DNA from: an uncultured Acidobacteriota bacterium
Lineage (GTDB): Bacteria > Acidobacteriota > Thermoanaerobaculia > UBA5066
Direction of reading: 5' to 3'
DNA: 64,000 nucleotides
Assembly (NCBI GenBank): GCA_963779415.1
Contig: CAVZYA010000002.1
Span: forward strand, 64,001 to 128,000
Shown: positions 1-10,433 of the stretch, piece after piece
How the letters are laid out: every line of letters begins with the position of its first letter
Numbering within the stretch: the stretch's first letter is position 1
The notes under the pieces: generated by a model
What the model was told of the DNA's origin: nothing
Databases searched by the model: none
Seen by the model: the letters and a program-made list of their open reading frames with translations, nothing else
Made by a program: the position numbers and the translations under genes

Positions 1-2209
1 GACGGATCGTCCAGATGCCGCGCTTCTTGTCATTGAAGGAGACGTAGACGATGGTCGAACCGTCCGGCGTGAGAGACGGGTTCTCGGCATCCGCGCCGTC
101 GTCGGAGATCCGGCGCGGCGCGCTTCCGTCTCCTGCCGCTCCCCAGATCTCGAAGTGGCCTGTCCGGGCCGAGGACCAGAGAAGCACTTTCCCGTCCCGG
201 CTCAGGAAGACGTCGGCGTCGCTCGCCGGATGGCTCGTCAGCCGCCGGACGGCGCCCGTGCTGGAGGGAAAGCTCCCAGACGTCGCTGTTTCCATCCCGG
301 TTGGAGGTGAAGACGACGCGCTCGCCGTCACCCGAGACGAGCGGCTGGAAGTTCACCTGCGATCCCTGCGTGAGCCACTTCCGGGAGGCGGCCGCGTTCG
401 AGAGGGGGATCTCGAGCAGGTTCGTCGGAATCGACAAAGATTCCACGATCAGCCGCCCCGGGCCCGCGATGTCGAGCCCCTGCCCGACCGCGAGAGAGAA
501 CGCAATCGTCCGGATGGAGCCGGATCCTATGTCCTGCAGGTAATAGGCCCCGGGACTCGCCGGCACGATGGCCTGGTCCCGCCGGCCGTAGACGAGGGCT
601 CGGCCACCGCGCGCCCAGGCCAGGTCGGAAAGCTCTCCGGGGCCGCCCGGACCGGTTAGGACACGCTTCTCGGCCGTGGCCGGATTGACGAGGACGACCG
701 CCCAGGGTGATCCGACGTTGATCTCACCCCGTGCCGTCGCGACCCACGTCCCGTCGGGCGACCACCGTGGGGAGCGCATCTGGTAGGCCTCTGCCTTGTC
801 CACGAGGCGCTCCCCGCTCCGTCGGCTCCCGCGATCCAGAGTTCCGGGCTCCGTCCCAACTCCGTGGTGCGGATTCGGACGAACGCGAGGCGGGCGCCGT
901 CGGGGGAGACATCGGCCTCGGTCGCGTCGGCCAGCACTCGCTGGGGCAGTCCGCCGAGAGCGGAGACTCGATACAGGGCCGATCCCGAAGCCTCCGTGCG
1001 GATGAAGAACAGGTTCGTCGAGTCGGGGGTGAAGCGAGGCGCGGCGTCCGGGCCTTCGGTCAGAGCGATCTCGGATCCGTCTGCAAGCTGCTTGAGCCAG
1101 ATGCGAGAAACGCCGTCGCGGCTGGAGGCGAAGGCGCAGAGCCGCCCGTCCCGCGAAACCGCCGGGGCACCGTCCCGCCCGGACGAGGTGATGTACTTCA
1201 GGCGCGGCGGCGGGAGAGGGTGCGGTGCCGTCCACCGGCCGAGGATCGCGGCAACGGCGAGGAAGAGCGCACCTGCGGCGACGAGAGCGGCTCGGCGGCC
1301 GAGGCGCTGGCGCGCCGGCGCTTCGGCCGTGTACGGAACCGTCCAGGTGGAGAGATGGTCGCGCACGTTCCGAAGGTCGCGCGCCAGGTCGCGCGTCGAC
1401 TCGTAGCGCTCGGACGGGTCCTTGGCAAGCAGGCGCTCGACGAGCCAGCGGACGGGTGCCGGGACGTTCGGGGCCCTCTTCTCCAGCGGCTCCGGCTCGT
1501 TCTGGATGATGGCCGCCAGCGTCTCGGGTACGGAGGCGGCCTCGAACGGCTTCGCGCCGGCCAGCATTTCGTAGAGCATCGAGCCGAGCGAGAACTGGTC
1601 GCTCCGGAAGTCGACGGCCGCGCCCCGCGCCTGCTCCGGCGACATGTAGCCGACCGTCCCGAGGACGACGCCCTTCTCGCTCATCACCCCGAGCGTGGGA
1701 GAACGTGTGTCGGACGGGTCGCGGCGGGAGACGTCGTGCCGGGCGAGGCCGAAGTCGAGGACCTTGGCGTGGCCGTCTTTCGTCAGAAAGACGTTTTCCG
1801 GCTTGACATCGCGGTGGACGATCCCTTTCTCGTGCGCGGCGGCGAGCGCCTCGGCGACCTCGCGGGCGATGTCGAGAGCCCGGCGAGGCGGCATCGGGCC
1901 GGGGGCCATTGCCATGCGAAGCGTTTCGCCCTCCAGAAGCTCCTGGACGAGGAGATACCGACCCGAGACCTCTTCGAAGGAATAGATGACGGCGATGTTC
2001 GGATGGCTGACCGCCGCCAGCGACTTCGCCTCCCGCTCGAAACGCGCAATGCTCTCCCTGTTTTCGAAGAATTCCTCGGGCAGCACCTTCAGCGCCACGG
2101 ACCGGTCGAGCCGCGTGTCCCGCGCCCGCCAGACCTCCCCCATTCCACCCGCGCCGAGGGGGGCGAGGATTTCGTATGGGCCGAGCTTCGTGCCGGCGGA
2201 TATAGTCAT
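1..2209 (-). CDS. Ser/Thr protein kinase with TM segment and TolB/PD40 beta-propeller; frameshifted (~810, ~260); runs off the window start
   Basis: [37 protein letters not shown] in ORF 656..2347; PD40-like repeats ([20 protein letters not shown]) continue in the 30..1235 frame and a third frame. Confidence 0.9.
2109..2200. repeat. 92-bp near-identical repeat, copy 1 (kinase 5' end); copy 2 at 4497-4588
   Basis: Manual alignment gives 6 mismatches in 92 bp. Confidence 0.8.
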
Positions 2210-2217
2210 GCGCTCCG

Positions 2218-4597
2218 TCAGCTTGTCGGCAGGTTCATCCGCCGAAGCAGCGAGATGAAGCGCGGCTCCGAGCGCAGTCCGTCGTAGATCGGTAATCCAA
2301 GGTAAGGCATGCTCTGGTCGCGCACTTCGTAGCCCTTCTCGAGCCACTCGACGGCCCCGGACGGTTCCCCGGCCTCGACGAACAGTATCGCGATGTCCGT
2401 GGGGTTGGCATAGCTCTTGTGAAAGTGGACGATCAACGCCTCGGCGGCACGTTTCATTGCTCCCCGATAGCCCGCCTCCTTGTAACCGCGTTCGAGAGCG
2501 TCGTCCAATTCACGGTCACCGTAGAGTTTCAGATACACCTTCGACGAGAGGAAAGCCTCTTTGTGCATTCTCTTCGCGCTGAAGGCCCACCAGAGCAGCC
2601 CGTGGGCGATCGGGTCGTCCGGGCCCGTCTGCAGAGCCGTGCGGGCCTGGGCGATGGCATCGTCGTTCCTTCGAAGGTAATAGAGGTCCACGCCGAAGAG
2701 ATCGCGAAAGAGAGCGTTGAACGGGTCCAGCTCCAGGGCGCGCCTGATCTGGGCCAGAGCCTCTTCCGACCGCCCCATATGCATGAGGAAATGCGAGTAG
2801 TAAGCCGGCGCGTCGGGAAAGCTGGGGTTGAGCTCGATCGCGCGCCTGAACTCCGGCTCCGCGCCGGCCCAGTCCCATTCACTCCATGTTCGAAAACACG
2901 CCAACACGTAATGGGTCTCCGCGATCGTGTCATCCAGCTCCAGCGCCTTCATGATCGCTGGCTTCCCTTTGGCTGCGGCCTCGCCGGGTGAGATCAACCC
3001 TACTTGCGAGCGCCCAAGCCAGAGCAAGGCGATTCCGACGTGCGCCAGCGCATAGTTCGGATCCTTCGCCAGCGCCACTTCGAAGTAGCGCTGGGCGGCA
3101 TCCATATCGCCCGGTGTCAGCTTGTACCAGTGCTGGAGGCCCTTGAGATAGGCCTCATACGCCTCCGGGTTTACGGTGCGGGCACCGGCGATCCGGCTCT
3201 GCTCGGCCGGGAGAAGCTTCAGCGCCAGCGCAGCGGCCACCTTCTGTGCCACATCGCTCTGGAGGGCGAGGATGCCCGACAGGTCCCGCTCCAAACTGTC
3301 GGCCCAGATCTGCATCTGATCCCTCACCCGGATCAGCTCGGCCGAGATCCGGATCCGTCCGGCCTCGCCGCGCGCGCTCCCCTCCAGGACGTAGTCCACC
3401 CCCAGCTCCCGCCCGATCTGATCGACCGACTTGTTCGTTTTCTTGTACTGCATGACGGAAGTCCGGGCGATGACGCTGAGGCTCGCGGGATGCAGCCGCC
3501 CGAGCTGCGTGATCATCTCCTGCGTCAGCCCGTCGCTCAGGTACTCCTGCCCCGGGTCGCCCGAGAGGTTCTCGAAGGGGAGGACGGCGAGACGTTTCAG
3601 CCCGGCGGCGGACCGCTCCTGGTCTTCCACCACCAGCCGGCCGCGAGGGCGAGCACGAGAAGCAGCGCCACGACCGCGACGGCCGCGCTGTGCCGGTGCA
3701 GGAAGACGCCCGCCGCCGACATCGGTGCCACGGGCTTCTCGCCGGAGATCGCCGCGCAGCGCCTCGAAGTCGAACAGGACCTCTTGGGCCGACTGGAAGC
3801 GCCGGCCCGGCTGCTTCTCGAGGCAGTGCCGGACGATCCGGTCCAGCTCCGGCGGGATGTTCCTGTTCGTCTCCGAGAGATCCGGCGGCTCTTCCCGGAG
3901 GATCGCCGTCAGCGTCTCGGGAGCCGTCGCGCGGTGGAAGGGCTTCTTCCCCGAGAGCATCTCGTAGAGGACGACGCCGAGTGAGAAGAGGTCCGACCGG
4001 GCGTCGAGCGGCCTTCCCTGTACCTGCTCGGGCGACATGTAGCCCACGGTCCCGAGGACGACCCCCGGCTCGGTCGCGGCCGCCGTCGTCGCCCGCGTGT
4101 CGAGCGCTTCCGAGGAGGGCTGCGTCAGCTTGGCCACGCCGAAATCGAGAATCTTGATCCGCCCGTCCTTCGTGACGAAGACGTTCTCGGGCTTCAGGTC
4201 CCGGTGGATGATCCCCTTCCCGTGCGCGGCGGAGAGGCCCCGCGCGATCTCCAGCGCAGTCTCGACGGCTTTTCTCGGCGGGAGCGGAGACCCGAGCAGG
4301 TCTCGAAGCGACTGGCCTTCCAGAAGCTCCGAGACGATGTAGGGGCTCCCCTCGTGCGTCCCGACGTCGTGGACGACGAGGATGTTCGGGTGGTCGAGCC
4401 GGGCGGCCGCCTTCGCCTCCTGCTCGAAGCGCGCAGAGGCGGTCGGCGTCGGCCGCGAGCTGCGGGTGGATCACCTTCAGGGCGACCTCCCGGTCCAGCC
4501 GCGTGTCCCGTGCCCGCCAGACCTCGCCCATCCCGCCCGCCCCGAGGGGGGCGAGGATTTCGTATGGGCCGAGCTTCGCGCCGGCGGAGAGAACCAT
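2218..4597 (-). CDS. Ser/Thr protein kinase with TolB-N-like ([10 protein letters not shown]) domain and TPR repeats; frameshifted
   Basis: [14 protein letters not shown] in ORF 3155..4597 shifts near 4440 into the 2218..4137 frame ([10 protein letters not shown], TPRs); the TM helix [18 protein letters not shown] lies in a third frame at ~3625-3680. Confidence 0.9.
4497..4588. repeat. 92-bp near-identical repeat, copy 2 (kinase 5' end)
   Basis: Matches 2109-2200. Confidence 0.8.
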
Positions 4598-4630
4598 GCG
4601 GACGCATGCTACCCTCCGCCGCTTATGCAG

Positions 4631-4891
4631 ATGAAGGCAGAACTGCCCAGCTCCGTCATCCTAGGCCACGAGGTCCTCTCGCTTCTCGCGGCGCGAGGCG
4701 GGCGGGCGACCGTGGAGGAGCTACGGGCCGAGACGGCGCGCGCCTTCGGGCCGGACGCCCTCTTCGGCAACTGCCACGGCGACTCGTTCGGCTTCGACGG
4801 CCTCCTCGACTTCTTCGAGTCGGCCGGGAAGCTCGCGCGGGAAGGGGACGTCGTCTCCCTGGGTCGCGTCCCCTCCTGCTCCGGGCACTGA
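4631..4891 (+). CDS. YecH/DUF2492-like small metal-binding protein
   Basis: (I)LGHEVL...[12 protein letters not shown]...[10 protein letters not shown]...CSGH resembles the YecH pattern IHGHEVL...FG..ARFHTCS...KGKF...CxH. Confidence 0.75.
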   Translation: MKAELPSSVILGHEVLSLLAARGGRATVEELRAETARAFGPDALFGNCHGDSFGFDGLLDFFESAGKLAREGDVVSLGRVPSCSGH

Positions 4892-4940
4892 CGTCGCTCG
4901 CCCGTTCGCGGGCCGCGTCCGAGTCCTCGGCGGCCGTTTC

Positions 4941-7900
4941 TCAGGGATGGACACGAAGATAGTAGATGCTCCCTCCGACGACCACGCTGCCCGCACGGGA
5001 GAGCGCCGCAAACCGCCACGTACTCCCCTTCGGCACGTTCCCGAGCGTCCAGTAGAAACCGACGTTCGCCTTCTTTCCCGGGCCGGAGACGAGTCCCGCA
5101 AGCGAGACCTGCTTGGCGCCCGCCGGAAGGAACCACGCCACGTTCGTCGCGAGGCCAAGCCCTTTCGCCTCGGCGAGCTGCTCCTCGTTCAGCTTGACCG
5201 GCTCGGCCTTGATCCCCTTGGCCCTCGCCTTCGTTCCCGGCGGGAGGAGAAGACCGAGGCGTCCCCCCTTCGGCATCCCCGCGTCCGAAACCGACAATGT
5301 CAGCGGGCCCTTCATCTCGCGCGGCCAGGGGAAGCCCATCCCGCTCATCCCCGAGCCGCCCGCCGGCGCGGGCGGCACGTTTTCGACGTGGAGGTTCCGG
5401 TTCGCGATCTGGCGGTTGTTCGGGACGAGCACCCAGAGCTGTCGCTCGTTCGTCGCCCGGATCGAGGCGTCGAGCGGATCGTCCGCCGACTCGGCGATCG
5501 TCAGAAGGCAGGTGTGATCCGCCTGCGTGGCCGGGACGTTCCAGTCGAAGCGGGCCGTCTCCGGCACGGCGGGATTCACGACCGGGATGAGCTTGCAGGG
5601 TTGTGCCGGATCGACGAGCGACCAACCCGAGCCGCCGGTCAGCGCCCCGCAGGAGGTGCTTCCCGCCGGGAAGGTCGTCGTCCAGAAATCGGCGGGCAGG
5701 AGCGGCAGCCCCGCGGAGGCGTCGGCGTAGAGAGCGATGACGCGTACGTTTCGCACGGGGTCGATGCCGGAATTCGAAACCTGCACGTAGGCCCTCGCGG
5801 GGCGTGCGCGGACCGGGTGGTTGTCCCAGACGGTGCCCGCCGGGCACGAGGACATCTCGATCGGGCAGGTCTCCACCTCGACGTGGTCGGCGCTGGCGAT
5901 CGCGTTGCCAGCCGGATCGAGGCTCGGCACGTCGATCCGGATGTCCGTCGCGCTCCACCAGTAGACCTTCCCGGCGTCGCTGTCGTCCGGCTTGAGGAAA
6001 CCGGGGCGCGCCGGATCCGGGATCGGATGCTCGGGATCGGGCATCCCGCTCGGAGAAACGCCGATCCCGCGGTCATAGACGTTGTCCCGGACCAGCAGCA
6101 TCTGCGTCCGGCACGCGACGTCCGGCCGGATGTCGCGCTGGAAGGCCCCGTGCCCCATCGAGGAGATCGTCAGGAGTCCGCTGGCCCGTCCGACCCATAT
6201 GTCCGTCACGTTCAGGCCGTCGGGAAGCCCCTCGTCCATCGGCGACCAGGCCGCGTTCGCGGGCGATCCCGAGACCGTTCCGCGGAGGACCCCGACGCTC
6301 GTGGCAACGTAGAGCGTGTGGGCGTCGTTCGGGTCGATGACGATCGCCTGGGCGGAAGCGTCGGGCGGGAACGCCGTTCCGCCCGCTCCGCCGATCGCGT
6401 GCCAGTCGATGCCGTTCGTCGTCATGTAGACGCCGTCCCATCCGAGCGCCGCGAAGGCGCGCATCGGGTTCGTGTTGTCGACGACGATCCGATTGGGGGC
6501 CCCGCCGGGAAGCCCCGTCGACGCGGTGTTCCAGACCGTTCCCCCGTTGGTCGTGAGCCAGATGGCCGTTCCGCCGCCGGTCACGCCGAGGTACCAGGTC
6601 TGGAACGACGAGGAGGGCGCGATCCCGATCGCCGCGACGTTCTGGGTGATCGTGAGCGGCTGGCTCGTGTTCGCCTGCGTCCAGGTCAGTCCGTTCGTGG
6701 TCTTCACGAGCATCGGCGGGCCCGTCCGGGCTCCCATGCCGTCGACCGGCGCCGCGCCCTGCGCCAGGACCGCGCCGGCGACCCCCGGGTCGCTCACGAG
6801 CGGATCGACCGGTGTCGCGGGCGACGTCCAGGAGACGGTCGACGGCCCCGCGGCCCACCCCGGGACCGGATTCACGAACTCGGCGAGACCGCCGTTGCAG
6901 TTCCCGAAGAGCGTGTCGGGGTTGACGCCGTCGACCGCCACGGTCGCTCCGTCGCAGCCGCCCGGCTGGTACCACGTCCGGTTTCCGAAGGTGATCTCCG
7001 TCCCGTTGTCCTGGGAGCCGCCGGCGCGGAGAGAGGCCATCGCCTGTTGCGACGTCAGCCGGTAGAACTCCGTGACGACGAGGCCGTGCGCCCTGTCGAG
7101 CCAGCGCCAGGTCGGGAGCGAGGAATCGGTCGTCTTGTCGAGGCCGCCGTCGTTCCCCGACCAGACGATCTTCGGATTGACCGGGTCGAATGCGATCGCG
7201 TGCTGGTCCGCATGGACGCCGTAGGTCCAGGACGAATCGTTCCCGCCGCTCACCCCGGTGAAGCTCGAGCCGTCGACGCTCCGGAAAATGTTCATTCCCC
7301 CCGCCCAGACATGGTTCGGGTCGGTGGGGTCGACCTCGATGACGCTGTTGTACCAGGAGTAGCCGTTGCCGCTCGGCCCTGAGAAGATCGAGTCGTCCAT
7401 CCCGGCCGCGCCGGCAAGCAGCGTCCACGCGTCGCCGCCGCCCATCGGCGGCTCGCCTCCGGTGGTCGTCTTGAAGACGCCGAGGAGCCGGCCGTTGGCG
7501 GCGCGGGCGATCTTCGCGTAGAGCGTTCCCGGGCTGCTCGCGGCGAGGGCCAGGGCGATCCGACCGATGTCACCGGTCGTGATCCCCGTGTTCCGCTGCT
7601 GCCACGTCCCCGGGCTCGTCCGCTTCCAGACCCCCTTTCCGAAGCTCGCGCTCGCCCCGCGGACCCCGGCGTAGACGACGCGGGGGCTCGCGCTGAAATC
7701 GACGGCGAGGTCGTTCGTGTTCGCGTCGAAGCCGTCGAGTCGGGCGAAGGAGAGGCCTCCGCCGCCGTGCGTGCCGAGCCAGACGCCATTCGATGCGGCG
7801 GCGTAGATGTCCCCGTTCGTCGTGTCGACGCGGAGACGGTTGATCGTCTGGCCGTCGAAGGTGGTCACCGGGAGCTTTGTCCAGCTCCCCGGATCGCCGC

Positions 7901-8504
7901 TCGAGGTGGAGCGCCAGATCCCGTCGCCGCCGGACCCGTAGTTCGGGTCTCCGCCCCCCGCCACGACCTCGGTCCCGTTCACGACGATCGCGGAGAAGAC
8001 CGTGGCGAGGAAGTCGTCCGAGACCCGCTCCCACCGGCGTCCTCCGTCCGTGGACCTCCAGATCCCGCCCACCGTCGTGAGGAACATCCGCTGGTTGTTC
8101 GCCGGATCGATCGCGATGGAGGTGACCCGGCCGTTGATGTTCGTCGGGCCCACCGACGTCCATGCGCATCCGTTGACGTTCTGCCCCGGAGCGCCGGGGC
8201 CGCCTGGAAGCCTTCCGTCCGGAAACCGGGGCCGGCACCCCTCCCGCGACTTCTGGACCGTGCAGTACGCCGTGCCGATGTGCCGGAGCCCCTGCGCCTT
8301 TCGCATGGCCTGCAGCTCCCGGTATGCCTTCAGCCTCCGTTCAAGAGGTTCGATCTTCTTTTGCCCCTCGAAGTTCTCCGGACCGCGGTCGATCTTCGTG
8401 AGCGGATACTTCGTGAGATTCGGCTCGTCCGCGCCGAATGCCGGCGAGCCGGCCGAGAGGAGAAACACCATGAAACCGAGCGTCGCGAGCGGGGGCCGGT
8501 TCAT
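4941..8504 (-). CDS. Large secreted BNR/VPS10-type beta-propeller protein with Cys-rich C-terminal domain (1187 aa)
   Basis: Signal peptide; WTSVGP..GRVTSIAIDP; Asp-box repeats (RSTDGGRRW, TTNGGTVW); VHADQHAIAFDP; GGSQDNG. Confidence 0.85.
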   Translation of the reverse strand: MNRPPLATLGFMVFLLSAGSPAFGADEPNLTKYPLTKIDRGPENFEGQKKIEPLERRLKAYRELQAMRKAQGLRHIGTAYCTVQKSREGCRPRFPDGRLPGGPGAPGQNVNGCAWTSVGPTNINGRVTSIAIDPANNQRMFLTTVGGIWRSTDGGRRWERVSDDFLATVFSAIVVNGTEVVAGGGDPNYGSGGDGIWRSTSSGDPGSWTKLPVTTFDGQTINRLRVDTTNGDIYAAASNGVWLGTHGGGGLSFARLDGFDANTNDLAVDFSASPRVVYAGVRGASASFGKGVWKRTSPGTWQQRNTGITTGDIGRIALALAASSPGTLYAKIARAANGRLLGVFKTTTGGEPPMGGGDAWTLLAGAAGMDDSIFSGPSGNGYSWYNSVIEVDPTDPNHVWAGGMNIFRSVDGSSFTGVSGGNDSSWTYGVHADQHAIAFDPVNPKIVWSGNDGGLDKTTDSSLPTWRWLDRAHGLVVTEFYRLTSQQAMASLRAGGSQDNGTEITFGNRTWYQPGGCDGATVAVDGVNPDTLFGNCNGGLAEFVNPVPGWAAGPSTVSWTSPATPVDPLVSDPGVAGAVLAQGAAPVDGMGARTGPPMLVKTTNGLTWTQANTSQPLTITQNVAAIGIAPSSSFQTWYLGVTGGGTAIWLTTNGGTVWNTASTGLPGGAPNRIVVDNTNPMRAFAALGWDGVYMTTNGIDWHAIGGAGGTAFPPDASAQAIVIDPNDAHTLYVATSVGVLRGTVSGSPANAAWSPMDEGLPDGLNVTDIWVGRASGLLTISSMGHGAFQRDIRPDVACRTQMLLVRDNVYDRGIGVSPSGMPDPEHPIPDPARPGFLKPDDSDAGKVYWWSATDIRIDVPSLDPAGNAIASADHVEVETCPIEMSSCPAGTVWDNHPVRARPARAYVQVSNSGIDPVRNVRVIALYADASAGLPLLPADFWTTTFPAGSTSCGALTGGSGWSLVDPAQPCKLIPVVNPAVPETARFDWNVPATQADHTCLLTIAESADDPLDASIRATNERQLWVLVPNNRQIANRNLHVENVPPAPAGGSGMSGMGFPWPREMKGPLTLSVSDAGMPKGGRLGLLLPPGTKARAKGIKAEPVKLNEEQLAEAKGLGLATNVAWFLPAGAKQVSLAGLVSGPGKKANVGFYWTLGNVPKGSTWRFAALSRAGSVVVGGSIYYLRVHP

Positions 8505-8554
8505 GAGACACCGCCTTTCCGGAAGGGGGCCGATCGCTGAATTCCCGCAAGAGC

Positions 8555-8573
8555 CTTGAGATGCAATCTCAAG
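8555..8573. promoter_or_regulatory. Perfect inverted repeat CTTGAGAT-GCA-ATCTCAAG, putative operator
   Basis: 8-bp arms, AT-rich, about 50 bp upstream of the 1187-aa gene start. Confidence 0.55.
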
Positions 8574-8699
8574 CTAGGATCGCGACGCGCCGCTTGTCAA
8601 TGGCCGCACGAGACAGAAAAACGTTGCCTTCGCGGACAAATTGTGCGGTTCGTCACCCAAAGGACAACGCCGACGATGCCGCCCCGCTCCGCGAGTGGT

Positions 8700-10394
8700 C
8701 TACGGGCTCATCTCGTAGGCATCGGCGAGCGGGAGGATCTCCCTTGCGAAGATCGCGGCCGCCCGGCCGGCGTCCGGCGCGGGGCGGCGGACGAGCGAGA
8801 GGCACGCCGCCGCCTGCTCGGCCGTCGCTCCCGCCCGGCCGTGCAGCTCGACGGCGAAGCGGGAGAAGTCGCGGACGAAGACGTCGAAGATCTGGTCGAC
8901 GACGTCGGGGGCGACGCCGAGCAGGGGGGCGTTCTCGAGGATGAGCTGGCCGTAGACGACGAGGGTGAAGAGCTCGCCCAGCGTCAGGACGAGATCGAGG
9001 TCCTTCTGCTGCGCCTCGGTCAGCCGCTGCCTCGCGAGAAGAGCCTGCAGCCCGGCGATCTGCTCCCGGAAAAGGGCGACGTTCGGGAGGTCGAACGCCC
9101 CGTACGCCTTCCCAAGGTCGTGGAACCGGATCTTCGAAAGGCCGCGCGCCGGCCCCTGGTCGAAGAGGAAGAGGTCGTCCGCCGGGTCGGTCCGCCGCGG
9201 CACCTCGGGACACGCGGAGGGGGTGAAAAGGACGTTCGGGAGGAACTTCAGGATCAGGGCGATGTTGACGTGGACCGTCCCTTCGAGCTTCGGCAGCGCC
9301 CGGATGTCGCGCGTCGCCATCTCGAAGATCGTCTCCTTCTCGAAGCCCTTCGCGGCGATTACGTCCCAGAGGAGGTCGATGACCCGCTCCCCTTCCGTCG
9401 TCACCTTCATCTTCACGACCGGGTTGTAAAGAAGGTACCGCCGGTCCTCGCGCGTCGCGGAGCGGAAGTAGTCCGCCGCGCGGAGGGCGAAGAGCCGCAT
9501 CGCGACGAGGCGTGTCCAGGCGTCCGTGAACATCCGCGTAACGTGCGGGAAGTCCGTCACGCTCATGCCGTAGAGGCGCCGCCGCGACGCGTGCCGGATC
9601 GCCTCGTAGAAGGCGTGCGTCGCGATGCCGATCGAGGCCCAGCCGAGGTTGTACTTCCCGACGTTGACCGTGTTGAGCGAAGCGTCCCACGCCTCCGGGC
9701 CGCAAAGGAGGATCTCGTCGTCCGCCACCGGGTAGTCGTTCAGGGCGAACTCCGCCACGTACGACTGCGACGTGCAGACGTTCTGGACCAGCTCGTAGTT
9801 CGGGTGGCGCGGATCGGCGGCGAAGAAGACCCACTCGTTCCCCTCGGCCCTCTTCCCGAAGACCGAGAGGAGCGCCGCCTCGTTGCCGTTCCCGATGTAG
9901 TACTTCCGGCCGTTCGCCGCGTATCCGCCTCCCGGGCTCTTCGCGAGTCGCATCTCCGTCGAGTAGATGTCCGCCCCGTGCGCCTTCTCCGAGAGGCCGA
10001 ATCCGAAGACCCCTCCCTCCGCAAGAAGCGCCGCCGCTCGCCTCTTCATCGCCTCGCTCCGGCTCATCCAGAACGGGCCCAGTCCCAGAATCGTCACCTG
10101 CCACGCGTACCAGTACGGCAGGCCGTAAAAGCCGAGAACCTCGTTGAAGGCGCAATTCCGGAAGGTGTCCCAGCGCGCTCCCTCGCCGCCGTACGCCGAC
10201 GGCGTGAGCAGGGTCGCGAAAACCCTCTTTTCCTTCTGGAAATCGAGAAAGTCGCGGTACCAGACGTGGTCCCGGTCGTCCTCCTTCAGCTTCTTCTTTC
10301 CCTTGGCCTCGAAGAAGGCGACCGTGTCGCGGATGACTCCGGCCGAGAGCGGATCCAGCGGAAGGTCGGGGCGGCGGGGGTCGAGAAGGAGCAT
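8700..10394 (-). CDS. Acyl-CoA dehydrogenase family protein
   Basis: FGLSEKAHGADI, NGRKYYIGNG, AAKGF, KLEGT motifs. Confidence 0.92.
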   Translation of the reverse strand: MLLLDPRRPDLPLDPLSAGVIRDTVAFFEAKGKKKLKEDDRDHVWYRDFLDFQKEKRVFATLLTPSAYGGEGARWDTFRNCAFNEVLGFYGLPYWYAWQVTILGLGPFWMSRSEAMKRRAAALLAEGGVFGFGLSEKAHGADIYSTEMRLAKSPGGGYAANGRKYYIGNGNEAALLSVFGKRAEGNEWVFFAADPRHPNYELVQNVCTSQSYVAEFALNDYPVADDEILLCGPEAWDASLNTVNVGKYNLGWASIGIATHAFYEAIRHASRRRLYGMSVTDFPHVTRMFTDAWTRLVAMRLFALRAADYFRSATREDRRYLLYNPVVKMKVTTEGERVIDLLWDVIAAKGFEKETIFEMATRDIRALPKLEGTVHVNIALILKFLPNVLFTPSACPEVPRRTDPADDLFLFDQGPARGLSKIRFHDLGKAYGAFDLPNVALFREQIAGLQALLARQRLTEAQQKDLDLVLTLGELFTLVVYGQLILENAPLLGVAPDVVDQIFDVFVRDFSRFAVELHGRAGATAEQAAACLSLVRRPAPDAGRAAAIFAREILPLADAYEMSP

Positions 10395-10433
10395 CGCCTT
10401 ACCTCACAATTGACCCGATAATGTCACCACTCG

